64,000 nt of DNA from Cystobasidiomycetes sp. EMM_F5 (GCA_051047955.1 JBPGPT010000031.1:1-64000), one strand, 5' to 3'. Counted from the first letter of the stretch, positions 37,231 through 50,844 are shown. The notes: generated from the sequence alone by a model not told the origin. Made by a program: numbers and translations.

Positions 37231-37508
37231 GGCAGCGAGGTAACGGCGCGGGATCAAGGCGTGAGAGGATGTGATTGAACTGTTGTTGACATTACTATGA
37301 CCACAACGAGTGAGCGTGATACGTTACTTGGCAATTTGAAACATTTTACGCAGTCAAGGTCCTCTTTGCCACCCATTTCCGACCCACCCCTGGCTGGACT
37401 CCTACCAACTGACGACGAGGACGACGACAATGGCTGATAGCTGATGACTGACTGATTAATAAACACTTAGAGCAGTGATTAGGACACTGACGATACTGGA
37501 TTACCGCA

Positions 37509-40500
37509 ATGTTCTATGTACGTCGTGGATATGGTTGTTGGATGGCTCCGGCGATGCAGAGTGGGGAGGCCGACGATGATGACGAGGATGACCTTGGAAC
37601 AGGACACGAGCTGACTGAGACGCTTACATCCATTGCAGAACGCAGAAGTGCTCACAAACCGCAAAGGAGGTGAGTTTGGTGCATTTCCGAATTGCGCACA
37701 GACCCTCTCCTGACCAAAAATATGTTTTTGCTTTGATGCGTGCAGGTTGGGCAGTCTACTGGCTGGCAGCGACACTCGTACAGTCTGCTGCAAGGGGACT
37801 GGCAAAAGTATCGAAAAAGCAACTCCTCGACTGCGCTATCGTCAAGGCATGCGAGAATCTCATTGAGCCAGAGGAGCCGCTGGTGAGACTGTATGCTAAT
37901 CAATGTCATCACAGTGAACACTCACTGCTTCAACCGTTGTTCTCTCTTCGTGCAGAGCTTGCGGTTGATGAGCAATTTGATGGTATGTCTTGTGCTTCAT
38001 TTCAATAAGGTCAAGGCTGACTAGGCATTCCGTCCGTGTGGCATCGCAGCTGGGCATCGTCCGCGTATTCTCACAGCAGGTCTGTCCTCATCACTGCTCG
38101 ATGGTGTGCACTCCTTCTGCCCTCGCTCATGACCGCATCATGATCCTCACAGACCAGTTTTCTCTTCCAAGACTGTACTACCCTCTCCACGCTCATCAAG
38201 AAGGCATCCACGTCCATTCGAGAAACCGCTTTGTCCAACTTGCACACACTGCCAGGTGGAGGGGCAGGCATCTCTATCGGGGCATCAGCTCGCGTTGACC
38301 TCCCGGACGATACACGAAATGCCAACAACCGTGTAGATTCAGATGACGATGAAGATGGTAATGGAAAGAAGGGCAAGAAGAAGGGCAAGAAGGGGGCAAA
38401 AAATGGAAATGTCGGAAATGCAAGGATTGATAACCTCACGAGGAAGGCAGACCCACAAGAAAAGATAATGGCTGACATGGTTGGCATGGGCTTTGTGCGT
38501 CACGCGACTCTTCCATTGCACAATTGCTGACCTTCCACAACAATGTCCACAGTTGCCGCACGACATGGCGTGGGCTAGAATGCAAGAAGAATTTGGAACA
38601 CCAGGAAGAGGTAGAAGAATTGCGGCAACGCCGGGCTTGTCTGAATACATGGACGATGCTCGCTCAATTGCACCTTTTGACGACAATGGTGCGTGCATTG
38701 TGCCTGCTTCATCATAGTGGCTCACCGAAACTACGCAGACGATTATTACCCGGGTCAAATACGATCTGCAACGGTAAAGACTGGCGACAGGGCAGTAGCC
38801 GGCAGCAAAGTCGCACGAAGATCAAACATTGCAAGAGCTGAGGATATCACTCTCCCTGCCCATCATCTGGAACATGGTTTCGATAACGGGTGTACGTCCT
38901 TTGCCCACAGCATCAAACAGGCTCAAGGACTGATTCAGCGTTATTGTAGACGATGCATATCCCAACGAGTTTGCCATGCCTATCGATGAGGATTTCACAC
39001 TGGGTCTGGATGACCTTGATTTGGCTGAGCCCCCGCCGTCGACATTTGCTCGCGCACGGGCCTCCATGACGCCCTCCCTTACAGGACTTGCTGGTATCGA
39101 ACCGCTAGGTGGAGTAAGCATAGCAGGATCCCACGCTGGAAGAGAAAGTAGAGCACCCAGCTATGGCGGAGACATGGTCCATTATTCGGGAGCTGACATG
39201 GCGCTGGACGCCATGGCGGGCGATGATTATCCTGATGCTGTTCCATTTGATGGCAGCGACTTTGATATGGACGTCGATGCTCGTGACTTTCATGCAAAGG
39301 AGCGATCCGTATCTTTGGCGCCTGAGCGGCAGCGAGAAGTATCACATCTTCCTACACCTCCTGATTCGCCAGAAAGGGATGAGACTGCAAAGGCAGCAGC
39401 AGCTCCAAAGGCGAAACCGAAATCAACGCAAGTCAAGAAGAAGGCGACTGTCAGAGATGCTCAGATTGACATGACAGCTGACGGGTTAGCACAAGCTCGA
39501 GCGAATTATAGCGACACGGCCCAAGCTTTTGCTCGTAGGAAAGAGAATGAGAGACTGGACAACTTGATGCGGGAGGATGCGAGGAAGAGGATGGCAGGAA
39601 AGGGTCTGTTCGGTATCAAAGCACCGGCTCTGGTCGCTTGTAAGAAGCCTCACTTCTGATACGTCGCGCCTCTGATGCTTCAAGCCAGTCTTACAGGCTT
39701 CCAGCAAAGCTACCGACACTTCAGAAACAGCCAAGACGAAGAAACAACCAAAGACTACGACTGCAAAGACGGAGGCAGTCGAGATCATCGGCAAACGCAA
39801 GCGTGATTTCGAACGAGAGGGGACGGCCATCTCTCAGCAATTAGGTCGCGGTACTGAGGATATGGCAGCTGCGGGCCCTCACGGCGACGGATTCGAGCAC
39901 GACTTCGGGGGTAACGACTTTGACAATTTTGATCAGGATATCGATACACGAGGTCAGTCCCAGCTTGGCGTGGGTCATCGAGCAGATAAGGGCTTTTCTT
40001 GACGCCGACTTTGCAGAATTTGGTAGAGCAGCATCAGCAGCTCCGTCGTCAGCGCTCGGCCGCGGCAATGCCAACCAGCATGATCGTAGAATGTCTTACG
40101 ATGACCATTATGCCGAAGTGAGCTCTCAAATGGGCAGACGGGCATCTCGCATGGGCAGCCTGGCTCCAGATTACGGAATAGATGTGCCGGAAGGAACGAA
40201 TCGCCCTCGATACAGTACGCAAACATCCCTACCTTGGAATATCGACCCGGTCGGCGACAATCTCGCAGGTATGAAACCTGCATATGCAGATCTGCCAGGC
40301 CTGCTGAACGCTGCATGCTAATGTATGACCTGCATAACAGATGATGGACTCGCTCTGTCACTCGATGGCAGTCGTCGTGGATCTGTGGGCGTACCTGAAG
40401 CTTTGCGGTCAGTGACAATAGGGATGATTTCTTAAGCACAGGACCTGACATCCGTGTACCTGTCTAGCCGGCGCTCGCGCACACCATCGATCGGCTCCAT

Positions 40501-41097
40501 CCGAAACGGCCTGGGCTCTGACAATCGTGCTGGCTCGCCGTACCCCGCAATGTCCAGGTATGGCTCGCCGGCCGTCAGCGACCTCAACAATGACCGCATT
40601 TCGCGTCGAAGTGCGTCCCTTGGACCGGCCTCACAGGCGCTTGATGCCGATGGAAACGTCCAACCGCGCTTCTCGCAAATCGTAGAAGGCGAGAGGAGAA
40701 GGATGGCGAGGCTGGATGATCAGACACGGTACGTCGCCTTGCATTGTAGATACATCTGGGAGTGATTGTTTACTGTATGATATCGCAGTCGCTTTCTAGG
40801 CTACCTCAAACGACAGGTTGGCGAGGGCGCAAACACTGAATTTCTGTTTAGCGATATTGTACCAGTTCTGCCGAATTCGCCAACAGTGGCCGCTTCAGCC
40901 TTTTACCGTACGTGAGGACCGGACCGGAGTATCGATATAACGTCTAATGTCTTTACGCAGACATACTGACTCTGGCGAGCAAGAGCGAGATTAGGGTCAT
41001 CGAACAAATCGAGCCTTATGGGGAGGTGGGCGGCTTTAATTTATGCAACAGCAGGTATTGACAATACGTTCTGCAGATTCGCCTTGCCCTCTTTTAA
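37509..41097 (+). CDS. REC8: Meiotic cohesin kleisin Rec8 (Rad21/Rec8 family), many exons
   Basis: Spliced N-terminus MFYNAEVLTNRKGGWAVYWLAATL..KKQLLDCAIVKACENLIEPEEPLSLRLMSNLMLGIVRVFSQQ (Rec8-type WLxATL); SLPWN; C-terminal AASAFYHILTLASKSEIRVIEQIEPYGEIRL. Confidence 0.85.
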
Positions 41098-41413
41098 TGC
41101 CAAATCAGTAGTCGCTCCTTGACAAGTCAGCGGCAAGGCACATTCAGACATCGTTCGGTGGATCACCAGCAATGACACTCAAAACTTTGCAAGCCTAGAA
41201 ATAGTAGAATCCCAGCAGGACATTGCCACACCTTCCATACCAAAAGCAACACAACAAGACCGCGGTAGTCGGAATGGCTGCCGTTACCACCGACTGAACC
41301 GCAAAACAAGCTGTCATATGAAGATGACACCAAGAAAACGCAGACCCGAACCCGCAAACTAGTTAGAACCCTTGTGAGAAATAAGATGATAGTCCGTGCC
41401 GATCGCTGAAGAC

Positions 41414-42477
41414 TCAAGCCGGGTGGTAGCCGCCCGTCTGCTGCATGTGTGCCATGAGCTGCTGCTCCTCAGCGGATACTTCCTCTGAGATCCTGTATAC
41501 CAGAGCAGATACATAAATTCAGCCATGTTCTCGCTGTTTGTTGCTTTTTGCGAATTGACTTCACGTACTGGACGAGGGTACAGCCATGGCAGCACCAGGC
41601 CGAGCAGTAGTCTCCGCAGAGATTGCCGCTGATGTTGTAGCGCTGGCGAACGCGGTCGCGCTGGAAGCATACCTGGAAGGAATACGATAATACGTTCAGC
41701 TGGGGAATTGTTAACGCACAGATGCCGTAGGGCTACGCACCAAGCACGTTGCAAATCCGAAGCATTGCCCGATGATGTGCATGAATGTGCCTGCTCCGCT
41801 GCGCATCGAAAGTGGTTAGCTAAACTACGAGGACTTGGATTTGATTGAACCGCATCGACGCTCACCACATGTCTCCGCCCTCAGGGTGGACTGAGCGGTG
41901 AATGGTGAAAGACCATCAAGACTCGTCCGAAAGGACATATCGATTTGCTCTCCTACCTTGTTTGCGGTCGGCGAGTGAGTCCAGACGGCTTTGATCTGTC
42001 GTGGAGAAACTCGTCAGTGTTGCTTATGACAATTGTACGAAACTCAGCAGCTCACTCTGGCCATAAGTGATGCATGGAACGCAGCAAGCGACTAGGAAGT
42101 CAAGCGAACAGATGCTGACATCAAAGCCTCGTCAGTAATGAGCAGAAACGGCGGCAGCGTTGCGCACTTGTCGCACAAGCCAGCCTTGAAGCCGCGCTGT
42201 TTTGTTACAAGCATCAGTATTCCGGAGAGCTGAAGCGAGGCAAAGTCATTGCCAAACATACCGGTGCTCCACCAGTATTTGTCGGCATCTGCATCGGGGG
42301 GCCTTGCATGGACATGGGCGCGGCTACTGGGTACATCTGGGGATGGTTCTGCATTTGTGGTTGCTGCATATTCTGCTGCATTGGCATCTGCATGTTGGGC
42401 GCTGTTTGGCCTGGTGCGACATGATTTTGCACCTGAACCGGTAGCTGAGTAGTCATCCCTTGCTTCTCGGAATCCAT
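41414..42477 (-). CDS. PLAC8-family cysteine-rich membrane protein
   Basis: Q/M/P-rich N-terminus, then spliced FKAGLCD..ACCVPCITYGQNQSRL and RDRVRQRYNISGNLCGDYCSAWCCHGCTLVQISEE. Confidence 0.88.
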
Positions 42478-43562
42478 GTTTGCTGTATCTGGCTTATTGA
42501 GCGGAGAAAGCGTCAGCGGTGAAGGTGCGAAATGGACAAAGCAGAGTCGAGCTGGTCAGACACAAACACGCCGCTGCTTCCGTTTTCTTCACGCGAGACT
42601 CCTGCTGTCCCTGTCCATTGTTGACAACCACTTTTGCCGGGGATCACCCACAACCTGTCAGGGTCGCAGGCATGTAAACATTCCGACAAACAACAAAGCT
42701 CCACGGCTGCTTGATCAGCGGGCATGTCAGAATCAGCCAAGGGTCGTCAACACATCAGCATGTCAGCACAGCTTCAAGTTGAGCTTCGGGCTGTCAGCTC
42801 AATCAGCGTAAAGAACTGTCGATTCTGCCCTTCAGCCATGGCCGCTGACCAAGATGATGAGCTCGTTCATCATAATTCATCTGGCCTGCCATGTACCGCA
42901 GTGTATCATGTCGAGTCGGAATTGACGATGTGTGGTTGCTGCGTCAGATTGATGCACAAGGCATATGACGCTGACCGTAAAGCTGACGATTTTGGCTGGA
43001 GACGTGGCAGAGACTGCCCCTCGCTGCAGGTATCAGTACTTTATATGAGTGCGCTGACGAGTTGATAGAGCCTAGCCTGCGCCGCTGCGCGACGAGCATT
43101 GGCTTTCTGATTTATTTCAAAGCTGAAGCAGTACACCATACATCCCAAGATACATCAGATAAGCAGAAGCTGGCTTTACCCTAACAATCATAATGCTGTC
43201 CAGCGTCTTCATGACTTGGCCAGCCAACAAAACTGCCGCGACTGAATGTTGGACACTAACATTGTACTTGACGGTGCCAACTTGGCGATTGGTCCGAGTG
43301 CCGATTGCGGAGACACAGCGGAAGCGGGGACGACTTAATGCTCGTTGCAGATCTGCGACAGACCTGCGTCACCCTTGTCCAGTTAGGGTCCACGGGATAC
43401 AAAGTAGGCGGTGCAATCCAGCACCGGTGTTACAGCGCGGCAGATGAGCACAGCGAGTGACTCGTCATGGTTCGATGTCAAGGTCTGCTCTCTGTTCTGC
43501 GCAAACCACCTAACCACTTTCGTCCGCAAACCTCTTCCTCTACGACTACACCAAACTTAGAC

Positions 43563-44017
43563 ATGGCTCTCGTTCAGACAAGACCGCCGATGAATTTGTC
43601 CATCCGGCCAAAGCCCCAGCCGACCACTCCCTTTGTACTGCGCAGAGGCACGAGTGAGCAGGACGATAATACGTCATTGACCGTACTGACATTCGATACT
43701 GGGCGATAGACACTAGCAAAGTCACCAAGCCCACGAACCCTAATAACGCTCCAGGTCGATCACGTCTTACAAACACATGCACAGCCTTGATGCGCGTTAA
43801 CCCATCTCAGAGCAGTCTACAAGGCGCATCTACTCAACAGATCCGCAACAGGCCCGATCCCGTTTATGCCGCGAACATCTCCAAGCATGAAGCAGCTGTG
43901 CGGCGCTTAAGACATCGACAGAATGTAGACGACCTCGTCAGGACTCTTGCAGACTGGGGTTCCGAGCACCCGAAAGCTATTGAGTGGCCTCATGCAAATG
44001 CCGAGGCACATCACTAG
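43563..44017 (+). CDS. Hypothetical small basic protein (~130 aa, 2 exons)
   Basis: ATG 43563; canonical intron gtgagc...ctgac...gatag (~43654-43709) joins in frame to the ORF ending 44017; no recognisable domain. Confidence 0.45.
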
Positions 44018-44222
44018 ACTATGTGGCTTCTAGCATCGTAGAATTTTAGCAAGTACCACAACGATTAGTCTAAAATTTGCAAATCTAGCCGATTTGGCAT
44101 ACTATGCTGTTCAGCGCGAGGTTCGGAGGGCTGTGACCCTTATACGTTCAAAGCTGCCCTCCTGGGGGTTGACCAAGGGATCAGCAAGAGTCATCAACTT
44201 GCCGAATTGACAGCTTCTATCC

Positions 44223-45048
44223 ATGATATCTGGCAACAGAGCTGCCGACGACACTGAGGTGAACTGCGTCCTTTGTGGGAATGGGTGGTAAATGCAGGTG
44301 TTCAGATAATATGCTTGGCATAAAACGAGCCTCTAATTTACCATCGATTCGATGGAACTGTCTCGATAGCCTATTCGTTCACCCACCAACAACCCGCATC
44401 GCGAAGTTGTGTATCAGCTGTGCGCCCGGGAAAGAGGCGATACCAACCATCATGCGGTGCAATACAGTAGCAGCTATGCGGAGTTACAGCGCCTTTTCTC
44501 GCGTAAAGGTTAGCTGGCTTCCACCCTTGCGGACTTGTACTGGAGCTGCTGTCCTTGAATCCTGCTTAAGGCTTTGTTGTCGACTCTCTGAAGAAATCGA
44601 ACATGCAATACTCACGGCATCCAGCAGCTAAGCCCAGCATTCGTGTGCCTTCATCTCGCCAACAGTCTTTTGTGAGATCGCCAGGTGCCATCAGTATGTG
44701 TCATTGATATGTGTTATGTATGATACTGACAACCCCGCCACTTCCTTTTAGCCAAACCTACGCTCAGAAGACCATCTGTTAGTGGACAACTCGCTCCAAC
44801 ATTAGGCAAGCCGATTGTTAGCAACGGCCGGATAAACAACCAAGCAGCATCGGTTCGATCGCCATCCGCGTTTGCAACTAGACCAGCCAGCCCAGCGGCT
44901 ACTCGAACGGCTGTCAGCGCGGTCAGTAAGGTGCAACACCGCCTGAATGAGATGCGTGTTACCGAACTTGCGAAGGCCATGCAAAGTAGTCTCAATATTA
45001 CGGAGGGGAAAAAGCCAAAATTCTACGTCGATGCAGCAGGTCAAGTAG
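44223..45048 (+). CDS. Possible hypothetical gene/fragment (CxxC motifs; Pro/Ser/Arg-rich last exon)
   Basis: Exon-like pieces with canonical splice signals (CVLCGNGC..LCISC; ~100-codon open frame 44752-45048), but I could not join them into one frame. Confidence 0.25.
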
Positions 45049-45221
45049 TATTTTCTTGAGGGCGCTGAGCCATACACATATCGTTGTACTGTTGGGTCCG
45101 ACTGCATGCGATCTATTTATTTCAGCAGCTGCGAGATCATAAGCTGTCGTAAAGTTATGTTGTAAAAAATTGTTGGCGTTGCTTTTGGGTGTTTGACTTC
45201 CGATGATCTCGCCGTCGACGT

Positions 45222-46646
45222 TCAATGAAGACCGTCGGCGTAGACTTCCTGGAAGCTACGACAAAGAGCATTTGGGTTTAGCTGTCGAGCCCTTACATGT
45301 TGTGCCAGCAGACATACCTCTTCCTCGAAATCATAGACGACCACCAGGCCTGCAATGTTGTGAACTCATCGGCCTTTGAACCAATCTGAGCTCGTAGCTG
45401 CGTCCATGCGCTGGCGGCATCTGCAATCTGCGTGGCTCCACAGCATGCCAGTATTCTCGCAAACCATGCGCCGGCATGTAGATCTGCTAGTGTAATGAAG
45501 CCACTTCGGTCTTCTTTTGGTAAAAGCTGATTGAGCTTGTGCAGGACGACAGCTAGACTGGCCCATGCCGCTTGGCTTTTCGCAAAGAATGGGGCTGCAG
45601 CTGATGGATTTTTGTAAAAGTGATTTAGCTGTCTGTATAGTCACAATAAAAGTTAGTCGGTTTGGCTGAAAATCCGGATGGAATGGCTGACTGATTGCCC
45701 TGCAATTTCTCGCTTAAAAAGTTGACGAGTCTTTCATTTTCTCCAGCTTTTCGCGCATCTGCCAAATACGTCTCCAGTGCTGGGATACGCCCAGATAGGA
45801 ACTTTCCAACAATCCCCTGCCCTTTCTTGACGAGTTCCTCCTCGTTACGCGCAGATACGAAGAGAAAGTTTCCGTCGGCCTCGTCAGAGTGGACCAAGGC
45901 AATGATGGCGTCCATCTGCGCCTTTCCTTCGATGGAAGCAGCAGCTAGAGAAGGTGCGGGCTGGGTATTTGGAGGGACTTCTGACCGTGGAGACATGCTG
46001 GCAGTGGATGTGGAGGTCCGCTGCGAATCGAGAAACTCGAGAATGGGTATCGAGTCGATTATGGCGGTGTACTTTGTGGAAGTCGAGCTGTCTACGGCCG
46101 AGTCCAGTTGCGGGACGACGACTGCGTTTCAAAGCAGTTACAGTAATATAGGGGTGTTTATGTCAGGCACGGACATGACGATGTGGGAGGTTCACCGTAA
46201 GTGGTCAGTAGTCAGCGGAGCGAGTCTGTGTCAATACGATGAGCCATCCCGCAAGGTTTAATCCACCCACGGGTCGGAACAGTGCCTGCCGTGTTGATTT
46301 TGAGATATTCCGGCGAGTAGTTTGCTCCGGAGACTGTCGACGGCGTCAGTGGGTAGGATAATCAGTTGCATTGATCACTTGACATCTTTAGTATTGCTGT
46401 ATCTGTATCCCAACTCACGCAGATCAACCTCTTTAACCGTGCATTCTCCGGGCGTATAGCCCTATTCAAATTACACAAAGTCAGCCATTGCTCGTCGTCC
46501 ACGTCCAAGATATCGCTAGCAGATGCAGAATACGCCGTTCTTTCCCCAATACTCGCCTTTTCCAAGAGCGCCAGGCGTGGCGCGCTGGCCCATAGTGAGC
46601 CCTGGGCGCTGTAAAGGACTGCGACTGGCAGCGACGAGTCGGGCAT
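45222..46646 (-). CDS. Glutathione S-transferase-like protein
   Basis: Spliced SLWASAPRLALLEKGY..EVDLLSGANYSPEYLKINTAGTVPTL..DSIPILEFLD (GST-N); TLADLHAGAWFARI and WWSSMISRKSFQEVY (GST-C). Confidence 0.85.
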
Positions 46647-46849
46647 GGCGGGACTTGTAATTGTAATCAGATTGCAGCAGTGTTTGCTTTATTGCCGTGT
46701 TTGATTATCGCTGTTGGCTTGAATGAAAGAAAGAAAGACCACAGCTCTCCGTCCTACCGACTGGACGGCAACCAGCAAATGGCAGGCAATTCATGACACG
46801 GCGACTGCGACATGGAGCAGTGTGACTGGAGTATGCTGATGGCGAGGAA

Positions 46850-47767
46850 ATGAGCACAACTACCGAAATCAGCGACATGGATTACCCTGGAGAGCTGGCT
46901 TCGAGGACTGCCTTTCAACCATTTCCGCAGGATATGCACACATCCACTCTTACACCTTCCTTCTCCGCGACGCTGCCTGATGGAGAAGCATCTCGCGGAG
47001 AGCTTCCTCCAAAACCAGACCGGTCACGGCATGACGCAGTCAAAGCAAAGTACCGGGTACTGCAGAAGAAGTACGACGATGTGACAGCGGTGCGTGCTAT
47101 TGCCTGCGAATGCAGTCAAGCATTCTTATGAGGCCCCTCAGGACAAAGCCCGTTTGTTACAAGACTATGCCTTAGTGCAAAACAAGCTGAATAGGCTGCA
47201 GGCAGAGGCAGAGTACGTCTCATACAGACGGCTTGTTCATTGCAACTGAGTTCACTGCTCGCTCCTAGCATGCTCATCGAACAGATGCATCCCCTGGCAC
47301 CACACATATCCCTAGCTCCAGACTATGTAGACGCAGCCTCCGACACATCAGACGCCGAGGCCGGTCCATCAAAATACGCGAGCAAACTTCATTCACACGC
47401 CCGTCATCCTAACGGTCATTCTGGCCCCAAACCAGTACTGCTCAATGCCGAAGAAGCGGCCGCAGAAGAAGCGATCATCGAAGCTGCTCGCGAACAGGAA
47501 GATCGCGAAAAGAGTTACAATCCAGATGGCGTCAAGGTCAGGATAGGCGTCATACCGCAAGGGTTCAGTTTCGGGCCAGATGCTGGTATTCCGACGACAA
47601 GTAGCGTAGAACATATGCACACGCCTGCAATCAAAGAGGAGCAGGGGATAGCGAACAGTACTATAGATGGAGAACAGGACACGGTGGACCAGAAGCCGCA
47701 ACCTCATCGCGCGAAACGGAGAAGATTGGACACGCCAGAAGCAAAATCTCGTACCATTCTGCAATAA
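46850..47767 (+). CDS. Nuclear coiled-coil protein, INO80E/Iec3-like
   Basis: Spliced KAKYRVLQKKYDDVTADKARLLQDYALVQNKLNRLQAEADMLIEQM resembles the INO80 accessory subunit coiled coil; NLS-like RAKRRR near C-terminus. Confidence 0.55.
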
Positions 47768-48192
47768 GTCACGGCTGAAACGCCAATACATAGTACAGTC
47801 CCTCATGAATAACAGCAAAGCCACTTTTTGCATTGGTCAAGTCAAAGGTCTGTTCATCTGTTGTTGTGCCTCGCCAAAACCATCGTTACCGAACGTTGGT
47901 ACAGCTGGAAGAAAGATGAAGTATTGCAATGTAACAGTTACAACTGGTAGCCCAAACGAGCAGTCCGACAGGAGCAAGGGACTGCTCTTCACAAAATTAT
48001 ACTTGCAGATATGCACAATGACTCCAGATGTACAGAATCAATCTTGCTGACAAAGCAACCCTTCGAGGAGGGTGAACTAATTACTGATACGGCAGTCTGG
48101 CCAATACCCGACTATGTACACGAAACACACCGTTGAGCCTCCACTACCCCTTTCGCCTTGAGAAATTTTAAGCGGTGAGAGAACGTCGGAAA

Positions 48193-50844
48193 TCAGAGGT
48201 AGAATCTGTACGCAGCGGCCATCTTTGCAGCCTCCAACTTGTCAACACCCTCTTGATCGGCAGTCTCCTGCAAAAGTTTGTTGTCGGCGACTTGAGTCTC
48301 TCCAGCCAACAGCTTCTCCTCGAGTCTGGCAAGCTGCCTGTTCCTGTAAGCCAGCCAGAAGCGCGTCGCTAGGAGCATAACGATCGTCGCAACGAACATT
48401 GCCAAAACAATGCCAAACCTGAGAAGTTGATATACGATTAGGCTTGTGGAAGAAGACAGCATGACAAACAGCCTTCAACTCACGAGCCTCGGTAGGTAGG
48501 ACCGTAGATGTCACTGACGAAGAAGTATCCACCGGCAAGCTGGCAAACGCCTCGCATCAGCTGTGAATTCCGCTCGTTTAAGCTTGCAGACTCACATTTG
48601 CAGAGTTGGCAAAGGCCGCCAGCCACCCAATAGTGGCAGCTCGACGCTTAGGCTTACCCGGGAAACCTGAGTTGACGAACAATACTGAATCAGCACTCCC
48701 GCCGTCAGATACCGCTAAGGCTTCGCCTACAGTTGGTGACCCAAGTGATCAACACTGGATAAGTACCGTATCCTGCAGTCATGAGCTGTTTGAACTTCAT
48801 GTTAGTATGTCTGTCTCGACACCGGTACAAACGAAACCGACGAAAATGCCGACGAAGCGTGCCGCTTGGTTGGTGGTAGCGAGGAGGATAATGCATCCTA
48901 CGATTGCAACCAAGCAGAAGGCCAGAATGTGGTAAGAGCGGTCACGGGTCTTGTCGGAGTGCCACGCGTTCAGGTTTGCACAAATAACTATAAGAACGGT
49001 AGTTAGCACTGCGCTTTGAACGGCGATGATTCACATCGCTTACGAGCTAGCACGTAAGGTGGTGCATTGAGTACTGTCAAGTTGCACTGTCAGATTGAAA
49101 GCGTTCGTCATGTAACGCATGCAAGGCATACACAATGCGTTTGTTCCGCTGGAAATGCAAAGTCATAATGAGCAAATGTAGCGGAGGACCGGGCTCAAAG
49201 GGACTTACCTGAAGCCCAAACTGGCAATCAAAGTAGGAGAATAAGCATTGAAGGACAAGCCAGCCGTCAAGAGCCACCAGGTTACTCCCTTTGCCGGAAA
49301 TCAGCAAAAAGCACATACAAACTCGCCTTTACAACGCCACTTACAATCAAGTAGGTGGTCGGGTTAGTCAGATTGACCAGAAGGGAAGTTGTCCACTTCT
49401 CCCTGTCGTCCTGATCAACCTGTCCTAGGTCCTCCGTGACCCGGCGTACTGCAAAGAGGCGCTCCTCGGCCGTAAGGAAGTAGGCGTTGTGCGGGAAATT
49501 TGGCAGAATCAAGGCGATCACGACTGCTGCACCAACGGTGATGGCGCCCTCCACGAAGAATAGGTATCGCCATCCAGCGGTTCCGTTAACACCGTTTAGA
49601 CCGCCAATTACACCAGCTGCGAACAGACTGCCAAAGCCGGTTGCGACTAATGAAGCAGAGTAGAACCAGGCGGCACGCTTTCCAATTTCGGATCGAGTGT
49701 AGAACTGAGCGCAATTTAAATCAGCACAAGCGGCACTGGTAGCGAGACGAAGCCATTTTACCTTGGACAGAGTGAACAGGGCACCCGGCTATTGTATAAG
49801 TCAGCATCTGGGTCAGATTTAGTGGGAGAGGTTGGAAAAACGTGGTTACTGACGTAGAAGACCGCCTCGGCAACACCTAGAAGCAACCGCACGGCCAGAA
49901 TCTGCGAGTAGTTGTGTACGAATCCGGTGCAGAGCGAGATGATACCCCATCTAGGAGAGTGTACATACGTCAGATTGTTTAGCCGACTTTAGTACAGGCG
50001 TGGCCCTCTCAGACTCACACAACCATGCATCCGCAGATGAAGTATGTCGGTTTGGTAACGTAAGCCAAAAGGTCTGTGCACGAGACGAGATTAGCTGCAA
50101 TTTTCGCAACCCAGCGACAGCATAGACTGACTGGTCGCAAACGGTTCTAAGAGTCGCAATGAGAACGTTAGCTGAAAAATACGCAGCCTCTTAGCTGAAA
50201 TGCGACATACGGAGACCAACGTAGGTAACGAAGAAGAGTGACAGGGCATTACTGTACTCGATTGAGCTCAGATTTAAATCTGTCTGCAGTCCCTTGAGAC
50301 GCGCAGCGGCCATATTGTCTGGAGCAACATAGGTTTAGCTGATTGCGGGGCCAAACGGCGTTCGTGAATTCCCGTACTTCTATCGACATAGTTTGCAACT
50401 AACGAGACGTGTCCAGTCTCAGCACTGACACTGATGGTGTGAAGATAGTCAAATACTCACGATACATGACTGCGATTCACAGCGTATTCGAGATGAGCAT
50501 CCAGAATGTGGCGTGGGAGCAAATTCGACAAGACTGTCAGCGGGCGAGCTCTACGGCGTGTAGCATCACTCAGCGAGCTGTACGACGTACAGATACTGTC
50601 GGAGGAAGGCTACGTCAGTTTCCTGCCGCTACGATGCAATAGATCACTCGACGAAATATGCAAAAGTCTCTGCTCGAACTCACAGGCAGGGCATGATGGC
50701 ATAGTCGAGCTTCCTTCTGACTCTGTTGTTCATCTCGACGTCCTCGACGCACAGCATCTGGCCCTTGCCGTGAGCGTACGCTGCGGGGTGGTTCCCATTC
50801 CCGTTCATGTCATCCATGCTGGCTTTCGTATCGTTGTGCGACAT
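48193..50844 (-). CDS. MFS transporter, anion:cation symporter (allantoate/nicotinate permease, Dal5/Tna1-like)
   Basis: Spliced RRKLDYAIMPCLIFMYLANYVDRNNMAAARLKGLQTDL; RLLLGVAEAVFYPG; FYTRSEIGKR; GWRYLFFVEGAIT; LPNFP..FLTAEER; C-terminal YRFYL. Confidence 0.93.

Noticed and set aside
19198..41097. Two kleisins (NSE4 and REC8) in one window as a possible SMC cluster
   Set aside because: About 17 kb apart with five unrelated genes between; no evidence beyond chance
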